DNA of 64,000 nucleotides from the NCBI GenBank assembly GCA_964369115.1, contig CAYJED010000001.1:67732-131731 (forward strand), read 5' to 3'. Below, in pieces: positions 9,843 through 19,319 of this stretch. Each line of letters begins with the position of its first letter. The stretch's first letter is position 1. Both the position numbers and the translations under genes were made by a program. The notes under the pieces are model-generated. The model worked only from the letters and a program-made list of their open reading frames with translations. It was not told the DNA's origin and did not search any database. Source of the DNA: an uncultured Candidatus Saccharibacteria bacterium. GTDB lineage: Bacteria; Patescibacteriota; Minisyncoccia; Phycocordibacterales; UBA5272.

Positions 9843-10982
9843 ATGAAGAATATTCTCATTAAAAGCTTTTTGACGCTAATTGTTACTGCGCTTATTTCTA
9901 CAAGTGCACCGGTTTTTGCTTTTGAGAAAGCTGTATGGATTCCATATTGGAGAAAGACAGATGGAGCAAGTAGTACGCTTCAAAACATTAAGTCTGTTAC
10001 TCAGATTAGTCCTTTTGCTTATGAGCTACAAAATGACGGCACTATTACAAATGCCCTTAAAATAGAAAGTGCTCCATGGCCAGATCTTATTAAAGAGGCA
10101 AAAAAGAATAAGGTAAAAATATATCCAAGTATTTTGTCATACCCAAACAATGAAACAGGTAAAAAAGCGGTACTTACACTTCTCTCTGACAAGAAAAAGC
10201 GACAAGCTCATGTGAAAGAAATTGCCGCACTTGTTAAGAAAAATAATTTTGATGGTATCGATATTGATTACGAGGCAAAGCTTGCAGAGACAAAGCCTTA
10301 CTTCGCATCTTTTTTAAGCGAACTTTCTACTGCTCTTAAAAAAGACAAGAAGAAACTTATTTGTACGATTGAGCCACGCACTCCACCAGATAGTCGTTAT
10401 GCAACCACTTCAAAAGAAGTGCTCTCTAAAGTTGAATATGCAAATGATTATAAAGCTATAGGTAAAGCTTGTGATGAGGTCCGTATTATGGCGTATGATC
10501 AGTCAACCGATGACGCAAAACTTGTAAACCAAAATAAGTTACAAGGTAAGCTCTATGCGCCTGTTGCTGATATTGAGTGGGTAAAGAAAGTGGTAACTGT
10601 TGCGCTTTGGGATATTCCAGCAAAGAAAATTTTAATTGGCGTGCCAACTTATGGGTATAAGTATGAAGTTATTAGAGGAACTTCAACAATTCAGTATAGG
10701 AGAATTGGTACAATGAATTATGAGTTTGCTGAAGAGCTTGCGCAAAGCCTTAAGATTACACCAACACGTAACAGTGCAGGAGAGCTTAGTTTTAGTTATT
10801 CATCAAATACAGATAGAGCGTATCCAAATGATACGAAGTTACGCGAGTACTTAGTGTGGTACTCAGATGCGGAAGCGATTAAAGATAAAGTAAAGCTTGC
10901 AAAGCTATATAAACTTGGAGGTGTCTCTGTGTTTCGTGTAGACGGAAGTCATGATCCAAGATTATTTGAGGTGCTGAAATAA
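9843..10982 (+). CDS. Secreted glycoside hydrolase family 18 (chitinase-like / peptidoglycan hydrolase-like)
   Basis: Signal peptide (MKNILIKSFLTLIVTALISTSAPVFA) and the GH18 catalytic motif DGIDIDYE. Confidence 0.75.
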   Translation: MKNILIKSFLTLIVTALISTSAPVFAFEKAVWIPYWRKTDGASSTLQNIKSVTQISPFAYELQNDGTITNALKIESAPWPDLIKEAKKNKVKIYPSILSYPNNETGKKAVLTLLSDKKKRQAHVKEIAALVKKNNFDGIDIDYEAKLAETKPYFASFLSELSTALKKDKKKLICTIEPRTPPDSRYATTSKEVLSKVEYANDYKAIGKACDEVRIMAYDQSTDDAKLVNQNKLQGKLYAPVADIEWVKKVVTVALWDIPAKKILIGVPTYGYKYEVIRGTSTIQYRRIGTMNYEFAEELAQSLKITPTRNSAGELSFSYSSNTDRAYPNDTKLREYLVWYSDAEAIKDKVKLAKLYKLGGVSVFRVDGSHDPRLFEVLK

Positions 10983-11051
10983 TTATTTTTTGTTAACACG
11001 TATTTTATTTTTTTGAGTATTCCAGTCATTAAGGTGTATACTATAAAATAC

Positions 11052-11622
11052 ATGTTAAGAAAAATACCTCACTTATTAGTCGTTACTTTTATTTTTTCAT
11101 TTGTACAAATTGCATATGCTGGAGCGTGTCCTTTTGTTACTCCTGAGGTACCGATTTGTCCAGAGTCCGGTCACATTTATGAGTGCGGAAACCCTCCACA
11201 AGCAGAGGCTGCCTTTTTCGATTTTATGGGTCAAGAAACATGGGTATGCGGTCAGTGTGTGGATGGTGATCTTGGAATGGGGGGGGTTTGATAATCAAAG
11301 TGATTGCTGTGGTAGTGGTTGTCCTATTCAAAATACTGGAACGGTCAATATTTCAACAAATATTACGTCTTCGTGGACGGTAACAGGTCCAAATAATTTT
11401 TCTGGTTCTGGGGTATCTCAATCTGAGCAAGGGTCTCCGGTAGGAAGTTACACTATTACATATGGATCGGTAGATGGATACGTAACACCAGTAAGTGAAA
11501 CATTCACTCTTACTGATCAAGGTACTATTACTTTTTCAGGAACATATGTAGCAAAACCAGTAGTTAATCTTAATTTTAGTTATCAGGAAAAAATTAAGTT
11601 TTTTTTTGCAACTCTCTTTTAA
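11052..11622 (+). CDS. Secreted cysteine-rich protein, interrupted by a frameshift at a G8 tract (two track ORFs fused)
   Basis: Signal peptide MLRKIPHLLVVTFIFSFVQIAYA; many Cys (CPFV, CPESGHIYEC, CGQC, CCGSGC). Frame 0 (ORF 11013..11291) stops 2 codons after the G-run. Frame +1 (ORF 11101..11622) continues as GGFDNQSDCCGSGC... Confidence 0.5.
11279..11286. repeat. Homopolymeric G8 tract
   Basis: gg (11279-11280) plus gggggg (11281-11286). It sits exactly at the frame switch between ORF 11013..11291 and ORF 11101..11622. Confidence 0.9.
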
Positions 11623-11630
11623 AATAATTT

Positions 11631-12185
11631 ATGTCAGAAATAATTACCCCTCAAGAAGAAAATAACAAAGAAGTTACTCCTTCTTTCTTTGCTATATATA
11701 AGAAGACAATTCTTATAACAGTTGGTGTTTTGGTTATCGTAGGTGCTTCAGTGTTTGCTGCAGATTTTATCAACAAGCAAGCAAAAGCAAAAAAACAAGC
11801 CGCTGAAATCACGCAAAAAAAAGCGGACCCTAAAAAAGATTTTGGTAAAGAGATACCTCCGACTCTCCTTGCGACAAGTACACTTATACGAACTACAATT
11901 AATACCCCTGAACAAAGTTACACTATCGCTTATGGTGAAAAGACTCAGTCAACAGTTGTTTTTAGTTCAACCCGATCAGCTAAAGAAAATTATCGTCTAT
12001 ACCGTGAATTTCTTGGGAAAGAAGGTTGGTATGTGGTAAAGATTTATGAAAATGCAGGTGTATATGGAATCTATGCGATAACAAAAATGGAAAAAGAAAC
12101 CGTAAATATTACGATAAGTCGCACATCAACTTCCACAGACGCACTTACTAACAAATCTTCAGTAAGTATCACTCACCTTAAATAA
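11631..12185 (+). CDS. Hypothetical membrane-anchored protein (184 aa)
   Basis: Single N-terminal TM (ILITVGVLVIVGASVFAADFI) followed by a Lys-rich linker. No known motif. Confidence 0.5.
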   Translation: MSEIITPQEENNKEVTPSFFAIYKKTILITVGVLVIVGASVFAADFINKQAKAKKQAAEITQKKADPKKDFGKEIPPTLLATSTLIRTTINTPEQSYTIAYGEKTQSTVVFSSTRSAKENYRLYREFLGKEGWYVVKIYENAGVYGIYAITKMEKETVNITISRTSTSTDALTNKSSVSITHLK

Positions 12186-12233
12186 GGTATAAACAGATAA
12201 CAGCACTCTTTCAGAAAAGAGTGCTGTATACTT

Positions 12234-13061
12234 ATGGGTATGGATTTTACTGTTAAACTTGATCGTTTTGAAGGACCATATACAAAGCTTTTGGAAATGA
12301 TTGAAGGGCGAAAACTTTCTATCACCGAAGTAACACTTGCATCCTTGGCGGATGAGTATATTGCTTATATTAAAACTCTTAAGGAGAACAACCTTGTTGA
12401 TGTTTCTCAGTTTATTGTTGTTGCATCGACTTTGATGCTCATGAAGGCAAAATCTCTTCTTCCTTCGCTTACTTATACAGGTGAAGAAGAAAAACAGGTA
12501 CACGATCTCGAATACAAGCTTGAGTTATATGCGCTTCTCTCTAAAGGGGTTGGAACAATAGCTTCTTTGTACGGCAGTAAACCTCTTTATGGAAGAGATC
12601 ACGGTATTCCTTTTAAAGAAGGGTTATTTGTTCCGGATAGTCGTATAACTCCAGTCTTTTTACAATCAATAGCAGAATTAACGCTCCTTTCTTTTGCTCC
12701 ACCTAAACCTCTTCCTTCTGTACAAGTAGATCAGTCTCTTCGCATTGAAAAAGTAATAGAAGGATTAATGCAACGCATTACTTCACTTGAAGTGGTTAGT
12801 TTGCAGAGTGTTGCAGAAGGGACTGGAACTAAAGAGGAGCAAAAGAAAGTGCTTATCGTTACGTTTATGGCTCTTCTTGAACTTCTTAAGAATGGCATGG
12901 TTCATGCAGAGCAAACAGAAGATGGGGGAGATATTACCATTCTTCCAAAACAAGAAAATAAAAAAGAAGAAAAAATTGAGGTGAAGTCGCTTGGAGACAC
13001 TGCCCCTATTGCTCCACAAGAAGAAGTCTCTTTATCAGAACAACCCGTGGTACAATCATAA
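12234..13061 (+). CDS. scpA: Segregation and condensation protein A
   Basis: FEGPYTKLLEMIEGRKLSITEVTLASLADEYIAYI... and VASTLMLMKAKSLLP match the ScpA N-terminal signature. Immediately upstream of scpB. Confidence 0.8.
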   Translation: MGMDFTVKLDRFEGPYTKLLEMIEGRKLSITEVTLASLADEYIAYIKTLKENNLVDVSQFIVVASTLMLMKAKSLLPSLTYTGEEEKQVHDLEYKLELYALLSKGVGTIASLYGSKPLYGRDHGIPFKEGLFVPDSRITPVFLQSIAELTLLSFAPPKPLPSVQVDQSLRIEKVIEGLMQRITSLEVVSLQSVAEGTGTKEEQKKVLIVTFMALLELLKNGMVHAEQTEDGGDITILPKQENKKEEKIEVKSLGDTAPIAPQEEVSLSEQPVVQS

Positions 13062-13075
13062 GTATCTAAAAAAGT

Positions 13076-13582
13076 ATGCTCGAAAAAGTTATTACACTTC
13101 TCTTTCTTTCCGGTGAACCAATTCCACTTAAAAAGCTTGGAGACTTTTTGGGAATCTCAAAAGAAGAAATCGTTGAGAATGCACCTTTTCTAAAAAGTAA
13201 GCTTGAAGAAATGGGGCTTACGCTTATGATGAGTAATGACGGAATCGGTATTGTGACTCAAAGCTCTCAAGCAGAAATGATTAAAAGCTGGTCAGAAAAA
13301 GAACTTGAAGGTGAGCTTACACCAGCTCAGCTCCAGGTGCTTACGCTTGTTGCCTACCTGGGATACCCTACACGAGAACAGATCTCATATATTCGTGGTG
13401 TGCAATCCTCACAATCAATTCGCACTCTTACTGTAAGAGGTCTTATTACCCGTGTTGGAGAAGTATGTTCTCTTACTGGTGCATCTTTAAAGCAGTTAGG
13501 TATCACTAAAGTTGAAGAATTACCTGAGTATGAAAAAATGCACAATGACCTTCTTGAAAAACTCAAAGCTCGTGAGCTGTAA
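13076..13582 (+). CDS. scpB: Segregation and condensation protein B
   Basis: About 168 aa winged-helix protein (LSGEPIPLKKLGDFLGISKEEI; second wHTH TREQISYIRGVQSSQSIRTLTVRGLI) directly downstream of scpA. Confidence 0.75.
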   Translation: MLEKVITLLFLSGEPIPLKKLGDFLGISKEEIVENAPFLKSKLEEMGLTLMMSNDGIGIVTQSSQAEMIKSWSEKELEGELTPAQLQVLTLVAYLGYPTREQISYIRGVQSSQSIRTLTVRGLITRVGEVCSLTGASLKQLGITKVEELPEYEKMHNDLLEKLKAREL

Positions 13583-13593
13583 TTGTACAGCCT

Positions 13594-14544
13594 ATGAAAA
13601 AACTTTCGTTTTCTAAAAAAGAATACGTTGAGCCATTTTTTATTTACAGTCTTTCTGTGCTTAGCATTGTTTTTCTTTCATTTTTGCATGTAGCTCCAAT
13701 TTCAAAACAAACAGAAAATTATGAGCAAAAAATTTTGAACGAACTTGCTCAACCTACACATATTTTTAGTTCTGGTTCTTTTAATGATGTAGAAATAGAA
13801 GCAAAAGCATATGTTGTATACGATCTTGTTGAAGGTCGTGTGATTGCAGGTAGAAATGAAAACGAAACTCTTCCTCTTGCAAGTATTACTAAAGTTATGA
13901 CAGCTGTAACAGCTTTGCTTCATTTACCTAAAAATCAATCTGTAGTAATTACTCCTGATATTATTGATGGTAGTTATGATCTTGGTTTAAAAAATAAACA
14001 AGTATGGGAGCTTGGAGAGCTCCTTAAGTACGTTCTTATTTTTTCTTCAAACGATGGAGCTGAAGCTATTGCAAAAGTATATGGAGGGAGGGATAAATTT
14101 GTAGATCAGATGAATGCTGACGCTGAAGCGTTAGGGTTTAAGTTTATCTTTACTGACCCTTCGGGACTTGATCATGGTAATTCTCTTGGAGGTAAAGGTT
14201 CAGCCCTTGATGCTGCTAAACTTCTTGGAATTGCAAAAAGAGAATTTCCAGATATTTTGGATGCCACTACAAAAAAGAGACAGAGTGTGTACGCTGGAAA
14301 TACAAAACTTACGGGAGTTCCAAACACCAATCAGTCGATAGAAGAATTATTTGGGGCTGAGGGGTCAAAAACGGGCTTTACAGACCTTGCTGGGGGAAAT
14401 CTTGGGGTAATTGTCGATGTGAGCCTTGGAAGACCTGTGGCAATTGTTGTGCTCGGCTCTTCTAGAGAGGGAAGATTTAAGGATGTGAAAACACTTTACG
14501 AAACCCTTAAAAAGAGCCTTAATGTACCCACAGAAGCAAATTAA
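13594..14544 (+). CDS. D-alanyl-D-alanine carboxypeptidase (peptidase S11, PBP5/6-like)
   Basis: Signal anchor. SxxK (SITK), SxN (SSND) and KTG (KTGFT) motifs in the correct order. Confidence 0.85.
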   Translation: MKKLSFSKKEYVEPFFIYSLSVLSIVFLSFLHVAPISKQTENYEQKILNELAQPTHIFSSGSFNDVEIEAKAYVVYDLVEGRVIAGRNENETLPLASITKVMTAVTALLHLPKNQSVVITPDIIDGSYDLGLKNKQVWELGELLKYVLIFSSNDGAEAIAKVYGGRDKFVDQMNADAEALGFKFIFTDPSGLDHGNSLGGKGSALDAAKLLGIAKREFPDILDATTKKRQSVYAGNTKLTGVPNTNQSIEELFGAEGSKTGFTDLAGGNLGVIVDVSLGRPVAIVVLGSSREGRFKDVKTLYETLKKSLNVPTEAN

Positions 14545-14567
14545 CTTCATGCTATACTTTAGTTTAT

Positions 14568-15644
14568 ATGATGATGTTTGCGCTTGATCCGTTTAAGGTA
14601 CTTCTTCCAGCCGTTGTTTCTTTTCTTATTGGACTTTTTATTGCTCCGTCGATTATTGGTTTTTTAAATAAACGACAACTTTGGAAGAAAAAAAATGTTA
14701 CAAAGACAATAGATGGAAAAGAGGCAACTATTACTGCAACGCTTCACAATGATGAAAAAGCACCGGTCCCGCGACTTGGTGGCCTTGTGGTGTGGATTTC
14801 GGTAACGCTTACCGCGCTTTTGTTTTGGATTGTTTCAAAAGTATATCCAACAGTTTTTACTGAAAAGTTAGATTTTATTTCTCGTAACCAAACATGGCTT
14901 CCTCTTTTTGCTATGATTGTCGGTGCTTTTGTGGGTGCGCTTGATGACCTTCTTGTTGTTGAAGCTTTTAAAGGGAGATTAAATAGTTATATAGGTGGAG
15001 GGCTTTCTTTCCCTGTGCGACTTATAGCTGTTTCATCTCTTGGGATTTTTGCGGGGTGGTGGTTTTTTGCAAAACTAGGAGTTAATCATGTCTACGTTCC
15101 TTTTCACGGCGATGTTGCTCTCGGAGGGCTTCTTTTCATTTTATTCTTTGTAGTGGTAACGCTGGCAACTTTTTCAACGGGCGTTATAGACGGAATTGAT
15201 GGTCTCTCAGGCGGGGTAATGTCTGCCGTGTTTACAGCTTACGGGATGATTGCTTATAGTCAGGGTCAGGTAAATATCGCTTCATTTTGTTTTGTTGTTG
15301 TAGGGGCTATCCTTGCATTTCTTTGGTTTAATATACCTCCGGCATCTTTTTATTTAAGTGAAACAGGGATGTTGGCACTTTCACTTTCACTTTCAGTGGT
15401 TGCTTTTCTTACTGATGCTGTTCTTTATCTTCCTATCATTGCACTTCCGCTTATGGTGACAACTCTTTCGGTAATCTTGCAATTAAGTTGGAAAAAGTTT
15501 TTTAAACGCAAACTCTTTTTGGTTGCGCCACTTCATCATCATTTCCAAGCTCTTGGATGGGCTTCATCTAAAGTAACAATGCGTTACTGGATAGTATCAT
15601 ATATGTGTGCAATGCTTGGAGTAATTACAGCTCTTGTAAGCTAG
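14568..15644 (+). CDS. mraY: Phospho-N-acetylmuramoyl-pentapeptide transferase
   Basis: Polytopic membrane protein with the MraY-type GVIDGIDGLSGG (NxxDGxDGL) motif. Sits upstream of ftsW and murG. Confidence 0.85.
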   Translation: MMMFALDPFKVLLPAVVSFLIGLFIAPSIIGFLNKRQLWKKKNVTKTIDGKEATITATLHNDEKAPVPRLGGLVVWISVTLTALLFWIVSKVYPTVFTEKLDFISRNQTWLPLFAMIVGAFVGALDDLLVVEAFKGRLNSYIGGGLSFPVRLIAVSSLGIFAGWWFFAKLGVNHVYVPFHGDVALGGLLFILFFVVVTLATFSTGVIDGIDGLSGGVMSAVFTAYGMIAYSQGQVNIASFCFVVVGAILAFLWFNIPPASFYLSETGMLALSLSLSVVAFLTDAVLYLPIIALPLMVTTLSVILQLSWKKFFKRKLFLVAPLHHHFQALGWASSKVTMRYWIVSYMCAMLGVITALVS

Positions 15645-15658
15645 TTAAACATACTTTT

Positions 15659-16759
15659 ATGTTTAAGAACGTTGATAAAATATTATTTTTTTCAGTACTC
15701 CTTCTACTCTTGAGTGGTCTTGTTATTTTTGGATCAGCTGCACTTGGTGTGCTTGCTGTTAACGAGGTAAAGTTTTTTGCTGTTGTAAAAACACAGCTTA
15801 TTTATGCTCTTTTGGGTGGAACTGTTGCTTTATGTATCGGAGCTTCTATTCCTTACTCTTTCTATAAGAAGTATACATTCATTATTTTTACAACTTCAAT
15901 TCTCTTAACTTTATGTGTTTTTGTTCCTGGTCTTTCTGTGTATCACGGTGGAGCACATCGATGGATTGATATTGGACCTTTTTCGCTTCAGCCAAGCGAG
16001 ACACTAAAGTTTGCTTTTGTCATTATTATTGCATATTGGTGCAGTATGTATCGAAATCTATTTAAAGATTGGCGATACGGTTTTCTTGCGTATATGATAG
16101 GTCTTGGAATTGTTACCATTGTCCTTCTTGCTCAACCTGACTTTGGGACCTATATGGTGATAGCTGGAGCATCATTTGCTGTTTATTTTGTTGGAGGTGC
16201 TCGTAAGCGCCACATTCAATACCTTATCTCTTGTACTGTTGTAGGGTTTATTCTTCTTGTGCTTGCTCGTCCATACATGCTTGAGCGTGTAAAAACTTTT
16301 TTTAATAGCGCACACGATCCAAGAGGCTCTTCTTGGCAATTAAATCAGTCACTTATTGCACTTGGAAGTGGAGGTCTAACAGGACGAGGATTTGGACAAA
16401 GTGTTCAGAAATTTAACTACCTTCCAGAGCCAATCGGAGACTCTGTATTTGCTGTTTTAGGGGAGGAGGTTGGTTTTTTGGGGGCGCTGTATCTTGTTCT
16501 ACTTTATGCTATAGTGACAGTACGTGGGTATATTATTGCAAAGGTTTCAGAGGATCAATTTGCTCGCCTTTTAGCAGTAGGAATTTCAACAATTGTACTT
16601 ATTCAAGTGACTCTTAATATGGGGTCAATGCTTGGAATATTGCCACTTACGGGAGTACCTCTACCACTTGTTTCTCATGGTGGTACAGCGCTCCTTGTGA
16701 CACTTTTCCAATTTGGAGTACTTCTTAATATTTCAAAATACTCAAAACATTATTTATGA
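15659..16759 (+). CDS. ftsW: SEDS-family peptidoglycan glycosyltransferase FtsW/RodA
   Basis: GSGGLTGRGFGQSVQKF..LPEPIGDSVFAVLGEEVGFLGALYL is the SEDS signature. Start chosen at ATG 15659 (MFKNVDK), after the mraY stop. Confidence 0.85.
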   Translation: MFKNVDKILFFSVLLLLLSGLVIFGSAALGVLAVNEVKFFAVVKTQLIYALLGGTVALCIGASIPYSFYKKYTFIIFTTSILLTLCVFVPGLSVYHGGAHRWIDIGPFSLQPSETLKFAFVIIIAYWCSMYRNLFKDWRYGFLAYMIGLGIVTIVLLAQPDFGTYMVIAGASFAVYFVGGARKRHIQYLISCTVVGFILLVLARPYMLERVKTFFNSAHDPRGSSWQLNQSLIALGSGGLTGRGFGQSVQKFNYLPEPIGDSVFAVLGEEVGFLGALYLVLLYAIVTVRGYIIAKVSEDQFARLLAVGISTIVLIQVTLNMGSMLGILPLTGVPLPLVSHGGTALLVTLFQFGVLLNISKYSKHYL

Positions 16760-17865
16760 AAATTGTAATTACAGGAGCAGGGGGAGGGCATTTTTATCCG
16801 CTTATTGCCGTAACGGAACGTGTCAGAAAGCAAGCTTTTATACAAAAAATTCTTCAACCAGAAGTATATTTTTTTTCTGATAAATCATATGATGACGAGG
16901 CTTTGTTTATTGCTGGTGTAAAGTTTATTGAAATTCCTGCAGGTAAGTTACGAGTATACCCATCGCTTGAAACTATTACTGATTTTTTTAAGACTGTGTA
17001 TGGATGTTTTGTTGCGCTCTTTAAATTGTACTCAGTTTACCCGGATGTTGTTTTTGCAAAAGGCGGGTATGCAAGTTTCCCAACACTGCTCGCTGCCCGT
17101 CTTCTTTCAATTCCTGTTATCGTGCATGAGAGTGACACTGTTCCTGGACGCACAACTGTTTGGGCGGGGAAGTTTGCTACACGAGTTGCTCTTTCTTATC
17201 AAGAAGCAGCTCATGCATACCCAAAAGAAAAAGTAGCTCTCACGGGGCAACCTATTCGTGATGCGATTCTTCCACAAGAGGGGTACAAAAGAGTTTATGA
17301 CAAGAAGGAGCGACCAACCATTCTTATTCTTGGTGGATCTCAGGGGAGCGAAACTATTAATAATACAGTACTTAACATTCTTCCTGCGTTACTTGAGAAT
17401 TATGATGTTGTACATCAGACTGGTGTTGAAAAATTTGATGCTGTAAGCAAGAGAGCTTTAGCTCTTCTCGCTTCTCATTCGTTTAAGGAACATTATTTTG
17501 CTCAAGGGTTTATAGATACTGCACTTTTTTATGGTAAGGTTGATCTCGTGATTACACGTGCCGGCTCTTCAATGTTTGAGATGGGGTTATGGCAATTACC
17601 GATGATTGTGGTCCCTATTCCAGAATCAGTGAGTAGAGATCAAAGAAGTAATGCTTATGCCATGGCTTCTCGGGGTGTCGCTTCTGTTCTTGAAGAAAAT
17701 AACCTTGGCCCAAATATTCTTATGTCAGCTATTACAAGAATATTGGATTCGGAAGAGATTTATTCTAAGATGTCTGAGAGTGGTGAAAAGTTTTCAGATA
17801 GTAGAAATGCCGCGGATACAATTGCCAGGGAACTTATTCGCATAGGTATGAGTCACATTAATTAA
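16756..17865 (+). CDS. murG: UDP-GlcNAc:undecaprenyl-PP-MurNAc-pentapeptide GlcNAc transferase
   Basis: N-terminal ITGAGGGHFYPLIAV (GGTGGH-type) and C-terminal GT28 domain. Conserved mraY-ftsW-murG gene order. Confidence 0.9.
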   Translation: MKIVITGAGGGHFYPLIAVTERVRKQAFIQKILQPEVYFFSDKSYDDEALFIAGVKFIEIPAGKLRVYPSLETITDFFKTVYGCFVALFKLYSVYPDVVFAKGGYASFPTLLAARLLSIPVIVHESDTVPGRTTVWAGKFATRVALSYQEAAHAYPKEKVALTGQPIRDAILPQEGYKRVYDKKERPTILILGGSQGSETINNTVLNILPALLENYDVVHQTGVEKFDAVSKRALALLASHSFKEHYFAQGFIDTALFYGKVDLVITRAGSSMFEMGLWQLPMIVVPIPESVSRDQRSNAYAMASRGVASVLEENNLGPNILMSAITRILDSEEIYSKMSESGEKFSDSRNAADTIARELIRIGMSHIN

Positions 17866-17871
17866 TTTTTT

Positions 17872-19305
17872 ATGGATAAAAAGATTGTCACACGTTTTGC
17901 TCCAAGTCCTACAGGTTTTATGCATGTGGGAGGTGTTCGTACTGCGCTCTACGCATATTTGTTTGCACGTCGACACAACGGAACATTTATTCTTCGTATT
18001 GAAGATACTGATAAAGGAAGAGAGGTAGAAGGTTCTATTCCGCACATTATTGAATCTTTGAAGTGGCTTGGCATTAACTGGGATGAAGGAGTTGATATTG
18101 GAGGTCCCTCTGCTCCTTACTTACAGTCAGAGCGTTTGGAGTCTTACCGAAAGTACGCCAAAATCCTTATTGAAAAAGGGTTTGCTTACCCAGATCCTTA
18201 TACAGAAGAAGAGGTTGCTCTGTTTCGTAAAAAAGCAGAAGAAGAGAAGCGGGTTTTTCTTTTTAGAGATCATCGCCCAGAGCATTTTGGAGTATGGAAT
18301 GGTACAAAACCACTTCGCTTTAAAGTTCCTCAAATTAAGACTTTTGTTTGGAATGATGCAGTTCGTGGAGATTTAACAGCAGGGGAGGAGGCGCTTGATG
18401 ATTTTATCCTTATCAAAGGAGACGGGTATCCTACCTATAACTTTGCCCACATCATTGACGACCTCGAGATGGGGGTAACACATATTATGCGAGCAGATGA
18501 ATTTATAGCATCTACACCGAAGTTCCTTTCTCTTTATGAGGCACTTGAAATTACTCCGCCTATTTTTGTGACGCTTCCACCGATTCTTGCACCAGACGGA
18601 AATAAGAAGCTCGGTAAACGAGATGGTGCGAAAGATATTTTAGAATACAGAGAAGAGGGGTATTTACCTTCTGCGATGGTTAATTTTTTAGCCTTTCTTG
18701 GATGGAATCCTGGAGGGGAGAAAGAGGTAATGACAATGGGTGAACTTATTCAACATTTTAGCATTGAAAGAATTCATAAGTCTGGCGCAATGTTAAGTGA
18801 AGAAAAACTTCTCTGGCTTAATAAAGAACATATAAAAATGCAATCACGTGAAGTTCAAAAGAATTCTGTTCTTACGTATTTACATGGATATGAAGAGGGG
18901 GTTATAGAGAGACTTTTGCCATCAATCATCGATAGAATTTCTTTTTACGGTGAACTTACATCAGTTGAGTCCTCAGAGCTTTCTTTCTTTAAAGAACGTC
19001 CTCTTTTTACTGATGAAACCATTGAACGTGTTACTTGGAAAGATTCTGGTATATCTGAGGCTGGGATGCATTTAACTAAAGTAGCTTCCATTCTTGAAAC
19101 TACTGATTTTTCTTCACCTGAATCACTTAAGGCTTCTATTATGCCGTATGCTGACGAAGTTGGAAGAGGAAATGTGTTGTGGCCACTTCGTATGACATTA
19201 TCTGGTCAGGAAAAGTCTATTGATCCGTTTACAATACTTTACGTGCTTCAAAAAGAAGAGTCCCTAGCTCGTATTTCATCAACTTGTACATTACTCCTTA
19301 GATAG
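17872..19305 (+). CDS. gltX: Glutamyl-tRNA synthetase
   Basis: RFAPSPTGFMHVGGVRTALYAYLFAR...FILRIEDTD (HIGH region) and KLGKRDG (KMSKS-equivalent). Confidence 0.9.
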   Translation: MDKKIVTRFAPSPTGFMHVGGVRTALYAYLFARRHNGTFILRIEDTDKGREVEGSIPHIIESLKWLGINWDEGVDIGGPSAPYLQSERLESYRKYAKILIEKGFAYPDPYTEEEVALFRKKAEEEKRVFLFRDHRPEHFGVWNGTKPLRFKVPQIKTFVWNDAVRGDLTAGEEALDDFILIKGDGYPTYNFAHIIDDLEMGVTHIMRADEFIASTPKFLSLYEALEITPPIFVTLPPILAPDGNKKLGKRDGAKDILEYREEGYLPSAMVNFLAFLGWNPGGEKEVMTMGELIQHFSIERIHKSGAMLSEEKLLWLNKEHIKMQSREVQKNSVLTYLHGYEEGVIERLLPSIIDRISFYGELTSVESSELSFFKERPLFTDETIERVTWKDSGISEAGMHLTKVASILETTDFSSPESLKASIMPYADEVGRGNVLWPLRMTLSGQEKSIDPFTILYVLQKEESLARISSTCTLLLR

Positions 19306-19319
19306 TACACTAAGGTAAT

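Noticed and set aside
11013-11622. Two separate genes (track ORFs 11013..11291 and 11101..11622)
   Set aside because: The second lacks its own signal peptide and start context, and continues the first ORF's Cys-rich sequence exactly at a G8 homopolymer. Treated as one frameshifted gene.
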